54,232 bases of DNA, from NCBI GenBank assembly GCA_964389675.1, contig CAYMEV010000004.1, positions 124,001-178,232 of the forward strand. The letters run 5' to 3'. Position 1 is the stretch's first letter; every line of letters starts with the position of its first letter. This document shows positions 41,088 through 50,167 of the stretch, one piece after another. Origin of the DNA: an uncultured Candidatus Sumerlaeota bacterium (GTDB lineage Bacteria; CAYMEV01). The position numbers and the translations under genes were made by a program. The notes under the pieces were generated by a model that was not told the origin of the DNA, did no database searches, and saw only the letters and a list, made by a program, of their open reading frames with translations.

Positions 41088-41979
41088 ACATCCTCTTCCT
41101 GCAGGAATCAAGCGTATTTTTAAGGAGCATGGCCACAGTAAGCGGGCCGACCCCCCCGGGCACAGGGGTAATAAAGTCTGCATCCCCGCTAAGCTCATCA
41201 AAATCCATATCCCCCACTATTGTATAACCCTTGGCTTCAAAATCCTTCTCCCTGATCTCATCCATATCCTTATATTTCAGGTATTCTTCCCTGGAAAGTG
41301 TATTTATTCCGACATCCACAAGCACGCTCCCCTTCCTTACCATGCCCCTTTTTATTATAAAGGGCTTCCCAACAGCGCTCACCACTATCTCTGCCTCCAT
41401 CATTAGCCTGTCAAGCCCCATGGTTCTGCTGTGCGCTACAGTTACTGTAGCGTCCCTCTGCATGAACAGGTGGAAAAGAGGCTTTCCCACTATATTGCTC
41501 CTTCCCACAATAAGCACCCTTTTTGATCTTATCTCTATCCCGTATTCATCCAGGAGCCTGATTATACCGTTCGGAGTGCATGGCACATGCCCCTCCTCGC
41601 CCCTCATCAGCCTTCCCAGATTGAAAGGGTGCAGGCCGTCAACATCCTTATCCGGGCTTATAAGGCCTGTTATCTCAGATTCGTCATATCCCTTCGGTAG
41701 CGGTATCTGAACCAGTATCCCGTCAATGCTTTCATTTTCATTAAGCCCGCCTATGGTTTCTTTGATAATATCAATATCTGTGCCATCCGGTATCCTGACC
41801 ACCTCGGAATAAAACCCCGCCTTCCTTGAAGCCCTCTCCTTGCTCTTTACATATACATTCGATCTTGGGTCATCCCCCACTATCACAACAGCAAGCCCCG
41901 GCCTTGCCCCTGTCTCTTCTATTTCTTTCTTTATCTCCTGCTTTATCTTTTTTGCCACAATATTTCCGTCAAGTATCAT
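41077..41979 (-). CDS. folD: FolD
   Basis: YVKSK, KDVDG, PCTP, GRSNIVGKP, ITPVPGGVGP. Confidence 0.97.
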   Translation of the reverse strand: MILDGNIVAKKIKQEIKKEIEETGARPGLAVVIVGDDPRSNVYVKSKERASRKAGFYSEVVRIPDGTDIDIIKETIGGLNENESIDGILVQIPLPKGYDESEITGLISPDKDVDGLHPFNLGRLMRGEEGHVPCTPNGIIRLLDEYGIEIRSKRVLIVGRSNIVGKPLFHLFMQRDATVTVAHSRTMGLDRLMMEAEIVVSAVGKPFIIKRGMVRKGSVLVDVGINTLSREEYLKYKDMDEIREKDFEAKGYTIVGDMDFDELSGDADFITPVPGGVGPLTVAMLLKNTLDSCRKRMSIS

Positions 41980-42275
41980 ATCTTATCCTCTTTCATCTCA
42001 ATATTTATAGACCTTAAAAACTCTATGTCACCCCTTGTAAAATCAATATCCTTATCCCTCACAGCCCTCTTTTTCATCTTATCAAGAAAAAGCACGCTTA
42101 TCTCAACCACCAGGCAAGGGGTCATCTCCTCTGACGAGAGCTCTCCCAGAAGCTCCCTTACCTCTTCAGACTCGTCAATCATCCTGATAAATACATCCTT
42201 CAACTGCTGAAGCTTATCAATGCTGTCACCTTCATCTTCCGGATCCTCTGGCAAAAAGTCATCATATTCTTCCAT
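41976..42275 (-). CDS. Small acidic hypothetical protein
   Basis: GAGG RBS, ATGA overlap with folD; C-terminal DIEFLRSINI. Confidence 0.7.
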   Translation of the reverse strand: MEEYDDFLPEDPEDEGDSIDKLQQLKDVFIRMIDESEEVRELLGELSSEEMTPCLVVEISVLFLDKMKKRAVRDKDIDFTRGDIEFLRSINIEMKEDKI

Positions 42276-42287
42276 ACCTTCAACCTC

Positions 42288-43019
42288 CTATATTCTTCCG
42301 CAGAATACTATATCGGCACCCCCCCTTATCCTTACAGAATCCCCTTCCTTAAAAAGCCTGTATTCACCCCCTGCCATCTCAATACATGCCTTATCCATGC
42401 CATGTTTTCTGCAAAGGTGGTAAAAGATGGCAATGGCCGCGCTCCCGCAGCTTAGGGTATATCCGACGCCCCTTTCCCATACCATGGCATAGTATTTCTC
42501 ACCCATATCCCTCACAAAGCTTATATTTGCTTTATCCATTTCATTCTGTATCCTTTCTGCATACCGGAAAAAATCATCTTCTTCCCAGTCACCGAAATAA
42601 AGCCCGTGAGGGTTGTTTACAAAATAATAGTATATTTCAAAGGCCCTTCCGTCGATCTCCAAGCTCCTTTGCCCCTCTTTTACATCCCCCAGCCCAATGA
42701 CTGCATCTATCTTATCGCCTGCACTCTCAATATATGACATCCCTGCCCTTGTTTCAACGATCAGGCTGTCCATATTAAGCAGATCCATCAGATATTTTCC
42801 GAGCACCCTGAGCCCGTTTACGCATATCTCGCTTTCTGTCCCGTCAGCATTTATTATGTGCATGAAATAATGCCCGTTTATCTTCTCCCAAAGCAGTATG
42901 CCGTCTGCCCCTATCCCGTAGTGCCTGTCGCACATCATCAAAGCATTGGTTTGAGCAAAGCAGTCCCTTCTTATTATTATAAAGTCATTGCCGTTTGCCT
43001 GTGCTTTTACAAATTCCAT
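42288..43019 (-). CDS. dapF: Diaminopimelate epimerase
   Basis: GNDF, GIGADG, CVNG, NPH, WERGVG.TLSCGS. Confidence 0.92.
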   Translation of the reverse strand: MEFVKAQANGNDFIIIRRDCFAQTNALMMCDRHYGIGADGILLWEKINGHYFMHIINADGTESEICVNGLRVLGKYLMDLLNMDSLIVETRAGMSYIESAGDKIDAVIGLGDVKEGQRSLEIDGRAFEIYYYFVNNPHGLYFGDWEEDDFFRYAERIQNEMDKANISFVRDMGEKYYAMVWERGVGYTLSCGSAAIAIFYHLCRKHGMDKACIEMAGGEYRLFKEGDSVRIRGGADIVFCGRI

Positions 43020-43083
43020 ACAGTATTATACTAAGGTCAGGGGTATTATTGTTCAAGAAATTTAAATCGGTTCCTGAGGTAAG

Positions 43084-44658
43084 CTACCTTCTCAGGACAG
43101 CCAGTATCCGCTTTGTTATAACCAGAATAACAAGGCATAATACACCTGAAAAAAGATATATGCCAATTATCTTCTTAAATCCCATGCCTGTCTTGTAGAG
43201 ATTGACTGCAGATACATCAAGGTCCCTTCCGAAACACCCGTATTCAAAGGATGAGATATAAAGCCTGTCATAATCATAGTCCAGAGCGCACTGTTCTATA
43301 TCTCCAAGGTCCCTGAAATTCTTCAGCATATAGCCATACATTCCGAAAAAGGGGCTGAACCCTGTATTGTAATCCCCCGCAAACCTCCACAGGTATTCAG
43401 GAAGCCTGCTCTGTATCTCAGGGTCATCCGGCCCTGTATAATAATGCCCGTTTACATTTATTGAATAATAGGAAAAATCAACAAGCGACCCTCCCAGATT
43501 CACAATGATCCCGGCAGTAAGCAGGAATATGAACAGATATCTCTTTACCCTTGTATTATACAGCATTTCCTTAAGATTTCCCGCCACAGCAATATTGAAA
43601 AGGACCATAAGTACCCCGGTCACAAGGAACCTGCTTCCAAAGCATGTCCCCCCTTCATAATGCTTCCAGAACGAATAGAAAACAAGCGATACTATAACAG
43701 TGGACAGGCAGAACAGTGTTATATTCCTGTTCTTCTTTATGTATTTTTTTATATTTATCAGATAAAGGATTATCATGGGAAAATAAAAGATTATCCCCTT
43801 GCCGGGGGAGAAGGCCTGGGTAATCATGCCCCTTATGGGATTGCCGATAAAGACATTCATGCTCTCCCCGAACTCGTCCACTTCGGGATACCCGAAGTCA
43901 AAAAGGCTTCCGAACCTCACATAGTTGTAGTTCAGGTAAAACATCAGAAAGAACATCACAGGCAGGAAGAACATGAACAGCTTCTTAAAAAGCAGTTTTT
44001 TATCCCTTTCCTCAAGCCATAGATAAAGCAAAAAACACGGGGCAAAAATAAGAGCATTTATCTTTGTAACAACGGAAAGCCCGAAGAAGAAACCCGACAG
44101 GAAATAATATGTATCCTCTCTTTTCAGAATCATAAAAAGGAAACTTGCCATCACGAGGAATGAAAGCAGTATATCAGCATAAAAGGTCTGAGTGTAATAC
44201 AGAAGCAGAGAGCCTGATACCAGAAGGACCATCATTACTGCACTGCTTTTTTCAGAGCTCAGCTTATGCACATAATAAAGAAGATATACAATAATGAGCA
44301 AAAGGAAGATATTAAGCATAATAGAGCTGTACCACAGCAGAACTTCCCTCTGCACCTCATTAAGCTCAAGGTATCCTGACATAATATGGCTGATATAATA
44401 AGTGGGGCATGCAATAAATGACATAAGCGGCCCATAGGGGCTGTAAAAGCCGTCAATTCCCTCTTTTCCATAGAAGAACTGTCCCTGCCTGTTATTCCTT
44501 ATCCCCAGAAGCAGGCCCTGGTGTATGGTGATCCCCTTCCCTGAAAAAAGGCTGTCTGTAACCCAGTAATAGTTATACTCGTCTATCTCCTTAAATTTCG
44601 CAGGATTAATGAGGGAAAGCAGTATTATAAACAATAAAAATACAGTATACCTTTTCAT
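43084..44658 (-). CDS. Multi-TM GT-C-type glycosyltransferase
   Basis: DE motif after first TM, many TM helices, FGSRF loop. Confidence 0.65.
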   Translation of the reverse strand: MKRYTVFLLFIILLSLINPAKFKEIDEYNYYWVTDSLFSGKGITIHQGLLLGIRNNRQGQFFYGKEGIDGFYSPYGPLMSFIACPTYYISHIMSGYLELNEVQREVLLWYSSIMLNIFLLLIIVYLLYYVHKLSSEKSSAVMMVLLVSGSLLLYYTQTFYADILLSFLVMASFLFMILKREDTYYFLSGFFFGLSVVTKINALIFAPCFLLYLWLEERDKKLLFKKLFMFFLPVMFFLMFYLNYNYVRFGSLFDFGYPEVDEFGESMNVFIGNPIRGMITQAFSPGKGIIFYFPMIILYLINIKKYIKKNRNITLFCLSTVIVSLVFYSFWKHYEGGTCFGSRFLVTGVLMVLFNIAVAGNLKEMLYNTRVKRYLFIFLLTAGIIVNLGGSLVDFSYYSINVNGHYYTGPDDPEIQSRLPEYLWRFAGDYNTGFSPFFGMYGYMLKNFRDLGDIEQCALDYDYDRLYISSFEYGCFGRDLDVSAVNLYKTGMGFKKIIGIYLFSGVLCLVILVITKRILAVLRR

Positions 44659-44754
44659 ATCTGTCTTTTTTATTTAATATTAACTCATTTTTAGTCTTTA
44701 TCAAACAAATTATTCAATGCTTATTAGGATGATTATAACTATTCTGCATTATTA

Positions 44755-44771
44755 TTGGTATAATTTTTGCA
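44755..44771 (+). promoter_or_regulatory. sigma54 -24/-12 promoter of pilin 1
   Basis: TTGGTATAATTTTTGCA (GG-N10-GC). Confidence 0.7.
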
Positions 44772-44810
44772 TTAATTTAACTGAATATAAATATTTCATT
44801 AAAGGAGATA

Positions 44811-45317
44811 ATGATGTCAAAGGCATTTACATTAATAGAACTGCTGATTGTTGTTACTATCATAGGTATAATAGCAGCAATGGCAATACCAAGCCTTCTT
44901 AAATCAGAGATGGCTGCACATGAATCAAGCGCCATAAGCGGACTAAGGACTTATTTCTCCGCCCAGCAGGCTTACAGGTCCACCCATACTCCAAGGCAGT
45001 ATGCACCTATTGCATATCTTTACGGTGAAGGATATATAGAAACTGCCTTCGGCAATGCTCTTGAATCAGGGGAAGGCGCAGTCCTTACTGGTTATCATTT
45101 TGATGAGGAGGTGTTTACTTCTCCTGACGGCAGGAGTCTTCTTTTTGACGCCGAAGCAGGCCCAGAGCTCTATAATGTCAGCGGTATCAGGCAGTTTTAC
45201 CTCTCCACAAGGGGGACAATATATGTAAGAGATGAAGAAGAGAGTGGCCTTCCAGGTGTTGTAGGCAATTTTTTCACAGGACCCCCTGATGGAACATGGA
45301 ATGCACTTCCTGAATAA
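44811..45317 (+). CDS. Type IV pilin (paralog 1)
   Basis: KA|FTLIELLIVV prepilin site; AGGAG RBS. Confidence 0.92.
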   Translation: MMSKAFTLIELLIVVTIIGIIAAMAIPSLLKSEMAAHESSAISGLRTYFSAQQAYRSTHTPRQYAPIAYLYGEGYIETAFGNALESGEGAVLTGYHFDEEVFTSPDGRSLLFDAEAGPELYNVSGIRQFYLSTRGTIYVRDEEESGLPGVVGNFFTGPPDGTWNALPE

Positions 45318-45319
45318 CA

Positions 45320-45460
45320 TGACAATTTTTGTCATGTTTATATATTGCTGACATAATTTGTCACCTTCCTTTATGGCCTTATTTATCACGTTGAGCTGTA
45401 CATTCCGTCTTTTTGATGTCAAGATCTTGATATATTTGCGAATTATGACAAATATTGTCA
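45320..45460. promoter_or_regulatory. Three TGACA-N5-TGTCA palindromes, probable sigma54-activator (PilR-like) sites
   Basis: Copies at 45320-45334, 45349-45363, 45446-45460. Confidence 0.65.
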
Positions 45461-45554
45461 TTTTTATATATGCTGAGATTTCTCTCACCCTCGCTAATTG
45501 TTTCTATGTCGTTCATATACAATGACTTATATTATTTTTATTTTTTTCTTGATT

Positions 45555-45571
45555 TTGGTATCATTTTTGCA
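45555..45571 (+). promoter_or_regulatory. sigma54 -24/-12 promoter of pilin 2
   Basis: TTGGTATCATTTTTGCA (GG-N10-GC). Confidence 0.75.
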
Positions 45572-45611
45572 TATATATTTACGGAACAAAACTAAAAAGG
45601 AGGCTTATTTA

Positions 45612-46112
45612 ATGAAAAAAGGTTTTACATTGATCGAACTTTTGATTGTTGTAGCAATCATCGGTATTATTGCAGCCATGGCAATACCGAACCTGCTGAA
45701 AAGCACCATGGCAGCTAATGAATCAACAGCTATCGGCAACCTGAGAACATACTTCTCATCACAGCATACATACAGGTCCACAAGGACCCCGAGATCATTC
45801 GGAACACCTACAACTCTGGAGGATGATGGACAGATAGACGTCGCATTTATGGAGGCTCTAACAATAGCTGGTACCCTTCTTCAGGGATACGTATATAACC
45901 ATGCTGAAGAACCAGATGCCAATGGCAATATAGTTAGGTTTGACGTAGAGAATGGCCCAGGCCAGTATGATGTTGACGGAAAGAGACAGTTCTACATGGG
46001 ACCTAGCGGAACAATATGGACTATTGATTCTGGTGCAGGCGGACTTCCAGGTGAGACTGGAAACTATCATCCCGGAGAACCAGGTGCTGACTGGAACACA
46101 CTTGCTGAATAA
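45612..46112 (+). CDS. pilA: Type IV pilin, probable major pilin
   Basis: AAGGAGG RBS, MKKG|FTLIELLIVVAIIGIIAAMAIPNL; own promoter and terminator. Confidence 0.9.
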   Translation: MKKGFTLIELLIVVAIIGIIAAMAIPNLLKSTMAANESTAIGNLRTYFSSQHTYRSTRTPRSFGTPTTLEDDGQIDVAFMEALTIAGTLLQGYVYNHAEEPDANGNIVRFDVENGPGQYDVDGKRQFYMGPSGTIWTIDSGAGGLPGETGNYHPGEPGADWNTLAE

Positions 46113-46133
46113 TCAAACGCTGATAACAGCTTA

Positions 46134-46167
46134 AATAAAAGAGCCCGCTTCTGCGGGCTCTTTTATT
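46134..46167. terminator. Bidirectional intrinsic terminator
   Basis: AATAAAA-GAGCCCGC-TTCT-GCGGGCTC-TTTTATT between convergent genes. Confidence 0.9.
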
Positions 46168-46401
46168 TTCAATGCAATATTAGAACGCTTTATTAACTAA
46201 ACCAAGAAAATGCAATTGAGCTATTCTGTTTTTCTATAATGACTACTCTATTATTTGCTTCTCTTTCATCTGTATACTAAATGAATTAGCATTTTTTCTT
46301 TATTTATTCTTTTTCATGCAAATCCAAGCTATCTCATTAATAAAGGTCACTCTATTTATATAAATTCCATTTGATTCAGAATAAGTCGCGATAAAACCTG
46401 G

Positions 46402-48129
46402 CTATCTCTTGTATTCTACAAGGCTATAGTCTCCAGGATTAAAGAGCCATATATGCCTGTCTGAGAAATAGGAAATAAGCTCAATGTTTTTTTCAGGACC
46501 GAGGTCATGAGCCCAGACTATCCTCTCATTATCAATATCAGCCTTGTTATATACCCATTCGCAGTGTATATTGTATGATTCAGGGTAATGTACAATAATC
46601 AGGTGCTTCCCTGCTATTTTCTTTAAGTGATCCATAAGTAAAATACGGTCTCTGCTCCAGGAGGGAGTTACATATACTGAGAGCTTATCCCATCTTGAGG
46701 GTTCAAGCTTTGGATGCCCATGGACTGCTGTAACTGCATTCCATATTATTGCAGAAAGCAGCAGTGGCATAATGATCTTTCCCGGAATAAATCCTAAAAG
46801 CTTACCTTTTGAAATATGGCGCACTGCAAGGGATATAAGAATAAAAAGGATAGGGGCAACTGGAGCAAAATAATGAGGCCATCCACGTGTATAGGCCAGC
46901 CCGATGAAAACTACAAATAATAATGTTCCGGCAAGGAATTTTGCCTCAGTCTTTCTTGAGCTCTGGACCATAAGCATTGACTGAAAAACAAGCAACAGCC
47001 CTATCATTGCATAAGGCCTGAGATTCATCTGAGGAAATGCAAATCCAAGTATAATAATAAAGAATAGTGCATAAATAAGCCGCCTTAAGATTGGTCTTTC
47101 TGATGGCCATTGCAATATCATGAAAGGCAGCGCTATCCAGAAGCCAATAAAAAAGGCAATTACTCTTTCTGATCTCATAATAAAGCTCAGGGGGTTTGAA
47201 CCCTGATATCTTGCAATCCTTGGGTTGCTGATATTATTATTCTGATATGCTGCTTTCCAGAGGCGATGAGGAAAAGTTAGCGCATTCCCCGTTAATGCAT
47301 TATTATATAATGCAAGGGATATCAGTGTGATAATCAATATAATCATAACAAGCACAACTGCTTTTACTATCCTCATTTTGTCAATTCTTAAAATATATAC
47401 TCGCCAGGAATTTAATATCAGCATTCCAGAAAAAACAACAAAAAGCAGCCCCCCTTCAAATGGGCGTGAATGAAACAGAATGAGCGCACCCATTCCCATT
47501 ATAAGGCCTCCTGAATAATCCCATCTTTTCACCAGTTTTTTTGCACCGCCTATCAGCAGTGCTCCTCCCAATAAAGCAACGGAACCTCCCCAGTAATTCT
47601 GACTCCAGATGCATGTAATAGTGGGATGCATGGCGACGATGAACCCACCGAAAACTGCCCATCTCGCTGGCATATATAAAGTAAGCATCCAACATATTGT
47701 CATAACAGCAAGACAGCCTGCAAGCCATACGCCTGCTATAGCATGACCTGTAGTAAGGAACCCTATTGACATGAACAATGACGAAGCAGGGGGATACTTG
47801 CTCTGGTATGTGGGTTTTTGTATTACATGGAATGTTTCGAAGTGCTCCCACATTGGATGGGTTGGATTGGTAATCCTGCATTTTGAGAATGTATCAGCTC
47901 CGAGAAGATATGCAAACTCATCATGAACATAGGGTATCGGATAATCTTTTAATGATAAGGAAATGCTTAAAGCAAGATATAATATCCCCATAATGGAAAT
48001 ATATACTTTTATGTGGTGGGACAGAAAGTTGATTAACCTGTCGAATAATATTATTGGTATATTCAGAATCCTTATAATAAGGTCCATAATACCCTCATTC
48101 TTTATCTTTTTGATCATCCTTGAATTCAA
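46402..48129 (-). CDS. Multi-TM GT-C-like membrane protein
   Basis: VHDEFAYLL after first TM, SKYPP, SRPFEG, many TMs, WVYNKADID tail; start uncertain. Confidence 0.6.
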   Translation of the reverse strand: MNSRMIKKIKNEGIMDLIIRILNIPIILFDRLINFLSHHIKVYISIMGILYLALSISLSLKDYPIPYVHDEFAYLLGADTFSKCRITNPTHPMWEHFETFHVIQKPTYQSKYPPASSLFMSIGFLTTGHAIAGVWLAGCLAVMTICWMLTLYMPARWAVFGGFIVAMHPTITCIWSQNYWGGSVALLGGALLIGGAKKLVKRWDYSGGLIMGMGALILFHSRPFEGGLLFVVFSGMLILNSWRVYILRIDKMRIVKAVVLVMIILIITLISLALYNNALTGNALTFPHRLWKAAYQNNNISNPRIARYQGSNPLSFIMRSERVIAFFIGFWIALPFMILQWPSERPILRRLIYALFFIIILGFAFPQMNLRPYAMIGLLLVFQSMLMVQSSRKTEAKFLAGTLLFVVFIGLAYTRGWPHYFAPVAPILFILISLAVRHISKGKLLGFIPGKIIMPLLLSAIIWNAVTAVHGHPKLEPSRWDKLSVYVTPSWSRDRILLMDHLKKIAGKHLIIVHYPESYNIHCEWVYNKADIDNERIVWAHDLGPEKNIELISYFSDRHIWLFNPGDYSLVEYKR

Positions 48130-49087
48130 TCTTGCGCAGCCGCCATAGAAGCTCTTCTATCAGCTTTCTGTTGTGCCTTATTAGATCTGCAAGCAGCCCT
48201 GTTATACCAGACTGAAAACCAAGCAGCATGAGAAGTATGCCAAGAAGGAGAGACTGGACTTTTCCCTGCCCCTGGCCAGCCGCAAAAAAATAAAGGAATC
48301 TTAGTCCTATAAAAAAACCAATAACCCAGAGAAATGACCCTATGGCAAAAAAGACCCTTAATGGCTGATACATTGCATATATACGAATTATTGTAGAAGC
48401 AGATCTTGAAATATAACCTGATATGCTTTTAAAAAGCCTGCTTTTCCTTAGAGTTTTATTGGTATTCACCGGTACCTGCGTAATTGTAATCCCCCTCTGA
48501 CCTGCCTGAATTATTGTCTCTACAGTATATGTAAAATCACTCACAATATTCAGTTTTATAGCGGCACTCCGGCTTATTGCCCTAAAACCGCTGGTTGCAT
48601 CCCGAATATCCGTACCCGATGCCTGCCTTACTACCCAGGAGCCTATCTTTTGGAGTTTTCTCTTGGCAAAGCTGAAATGCGCTATCTTGTCAGTCTGCCT
48701 GTCTCCTATGACCATTTCAGCTCTGCCTTCAAGTATTGGCTTTACCAGCGAAGTTATATCAGAGGCACAGTACTGATTGTCTGCATCTGTATTAATAATT
48801 ACATCAGCCCCGAGGCGCAGGCAGGCATCCAGCCCGGTGGCGAATGCCCGGGCCAGGCCAAGATTGGCTGTATGCCTTACAATATGGTCAACGCCGTTTT
48901 CCTTTGCATTTTTACATGTAAGATCAGAAGAGCCATCATCGACGAGAAGCCACTCAACCATGTCAAAACCTTCTATATTTCTCGGGAGCTGGGAAAGAGT
49001 CATCCCGATTGTTCTCTCCTCATTATAAGCTGGTATCTGGATTATTAACTTTTTCATATTCATTTGGTTAAAAATAACGATTATCAA
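48095..49087 (-). CDS. GT2 polyprenyl-phosphate glycosyltransferase (DPM1/GtrB-like)
   Basis: IPAYNEE, DDGSSD, DADNQY, DATSGFRA, two C-terminal TMs; true start probably 49063 or 49057. Confidence 0.85.
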   Translation of the reverse strand: MIIVIFNQMNMKKLIIQIPAYNEERTIGMTLSQLPRNIEGFDMVEWLLVDDGSSDLTCKNAKENGVDHIVRHTANLGLARAFATGLDACLRLGADVIINTDADNQYCASDITSLVKPILEGRAEMVIGDRQTDKIAHFSFAKRKLQKIGSWVVRQASGTDIRDATSGFRAISRSAAIKLNIVSDFTYTVETIIQAGQRGITITQVPVNTNKTLRKSRLFKSISGYISRSASTIIRIYAMYQPLRVFFAIGSFLWVIGFFIGLRFLYFFAAGQGQGKVQSLLLGILLMLLGFQSGITGLLADLIRHNRKLIEELLWRLRKIEFKDDQKDKE

Positions 49088-49279
49088 ATATAAATTTAAG
49101 GTATCTGTACATAAAAAAGATGCTTTTATTATAATGCTGCTATTAAATATATTTTTTAGACAGTCTTAAGTCAATTAAATTTGACTAATATATTTTATAA
49201 TAATTTTTGATGTTTTTTTACCCCACTTTTTTCATTATAATAATCAAGATGGAATTGGAGGATCACATTGATTAAAAGA

Positions 49280-50167
49280 TTAATTTCGTTCAGTCAGGAT
49301 AAACCTGGATGCCAGAGCAAGCATAATTTCCACAGCAAGGTATATCAGCCTGTTTGCAAATGATATTATTAAAATAGCCTCAGCAGGCATATATGCAATA
49401 AGCCCGACAGTTAGAATACCCTCCCGTATCCCGATTCCAGCAGGGGCAAATGGGGTGATAAAGCCAATGCTGTAAGCTAAAGCATAAAAAGCAACCATAA
49501 GGCATAAGGTTTTTGGCTGGCTTAGTTCAGACATAGCAAGTACTCCAAATCCAAACCCAAGCAGGGTCCAGACCAAAAGAAGAACAAGCAGTATCTTCAC
49601 GGTCAGCTTCCCGCTTCCCAGAATCATTTTCAAATTAATTTTAAGGAGATATCTTAATATGAAATAAGTTGCAGGAATCAGGAATAATATGATAATACAA
49701 GTAATACTGTTACTGCCCATATAATTTAATAGAGCCTTCCTCCCAAATACCAGGAAAAAACCTATGCCATACAGGAAAGACGATGCCAGCAGCCATATAT
49801 TCTCAATTACAATAGCTTCTTTAATCTCTTTAGTACTCATTTTCTCATTTTTGTATAAAGCAGCCTTTCCAACAAAGTGCCATATATTGCCGGGTATATA
49901 TTTCCCAAGCTGACTATTGCTGTATATGTATAGGCATTTTCTAAAAGAGAGTCTTCTGCCAATGCTGTGTAACACAAAATACATAAAAAGAGCCAGAAAT
50001 ATCTTAGCGAGAAGGATGCATACAAATGATGCTACAATGAAAAGACTTCTAATGCTGCTTACCGTCATTAATATGTCAGAATGGTTTTTTAGAAAAAATA
50101 GAAAGATAAAAGAGGTTACAGCAATAATATATATTAGTTTAATGATTGAGGAGATTCTATTTTTCAT
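49280..50167 (-). CDS. Lysylphosphatidylglycerol-synthase-TM (UPF0104) flippase-like protein
   Basis: LGKYIPG, PAGIGIRE, about 8 TMs. Confidence 0.8.
   Translation of the reverse strand: MKNRISSIIKLIYIIAVTSFIFLFFLKNHSDILMTVSSIRSLFIVASFVCILLAKIFLALFMYFVLHSIGRRLSFRKCLYIYSNSQLGKYIPGNIWHFVGKAALYKNEKMSTKEIKEAIVIENIWLLASSFLYGIGFFLVFGRKALLNYMGSNSITCIIILFLIPATYFILRYLLKINLKMILGSGKLTVKILLVLLLVWTLLGFGFGVLAMSELSQPKTLCLMVAFYALAYSIGFITPFAPAGIGIREGILTVGLIAYMPAEAILIISFANRLIYLAVEIMLALASRFILTERN

Noticed and set aside
44811-45317. Electrically conductive pilin hypothesis (about 20 aromatics in 163 mature residues)
   Set aside because: About 40-residue Phe/Tyr/Trp-free gap after Phe1; not a short Geobacter-type pilin
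45316-45461. CRISPR array or IS ends from the repeated palindromes
   Set aside because: Only 15-bp units, irregular spacing, no cas or transposase; position fits activator sites
45498-45611. 38-aa N-terminal extension of pilin 2 in the ORF track
   Set aside because: Spans the sigma54 promoter; strong RBS precedes ATG 45612
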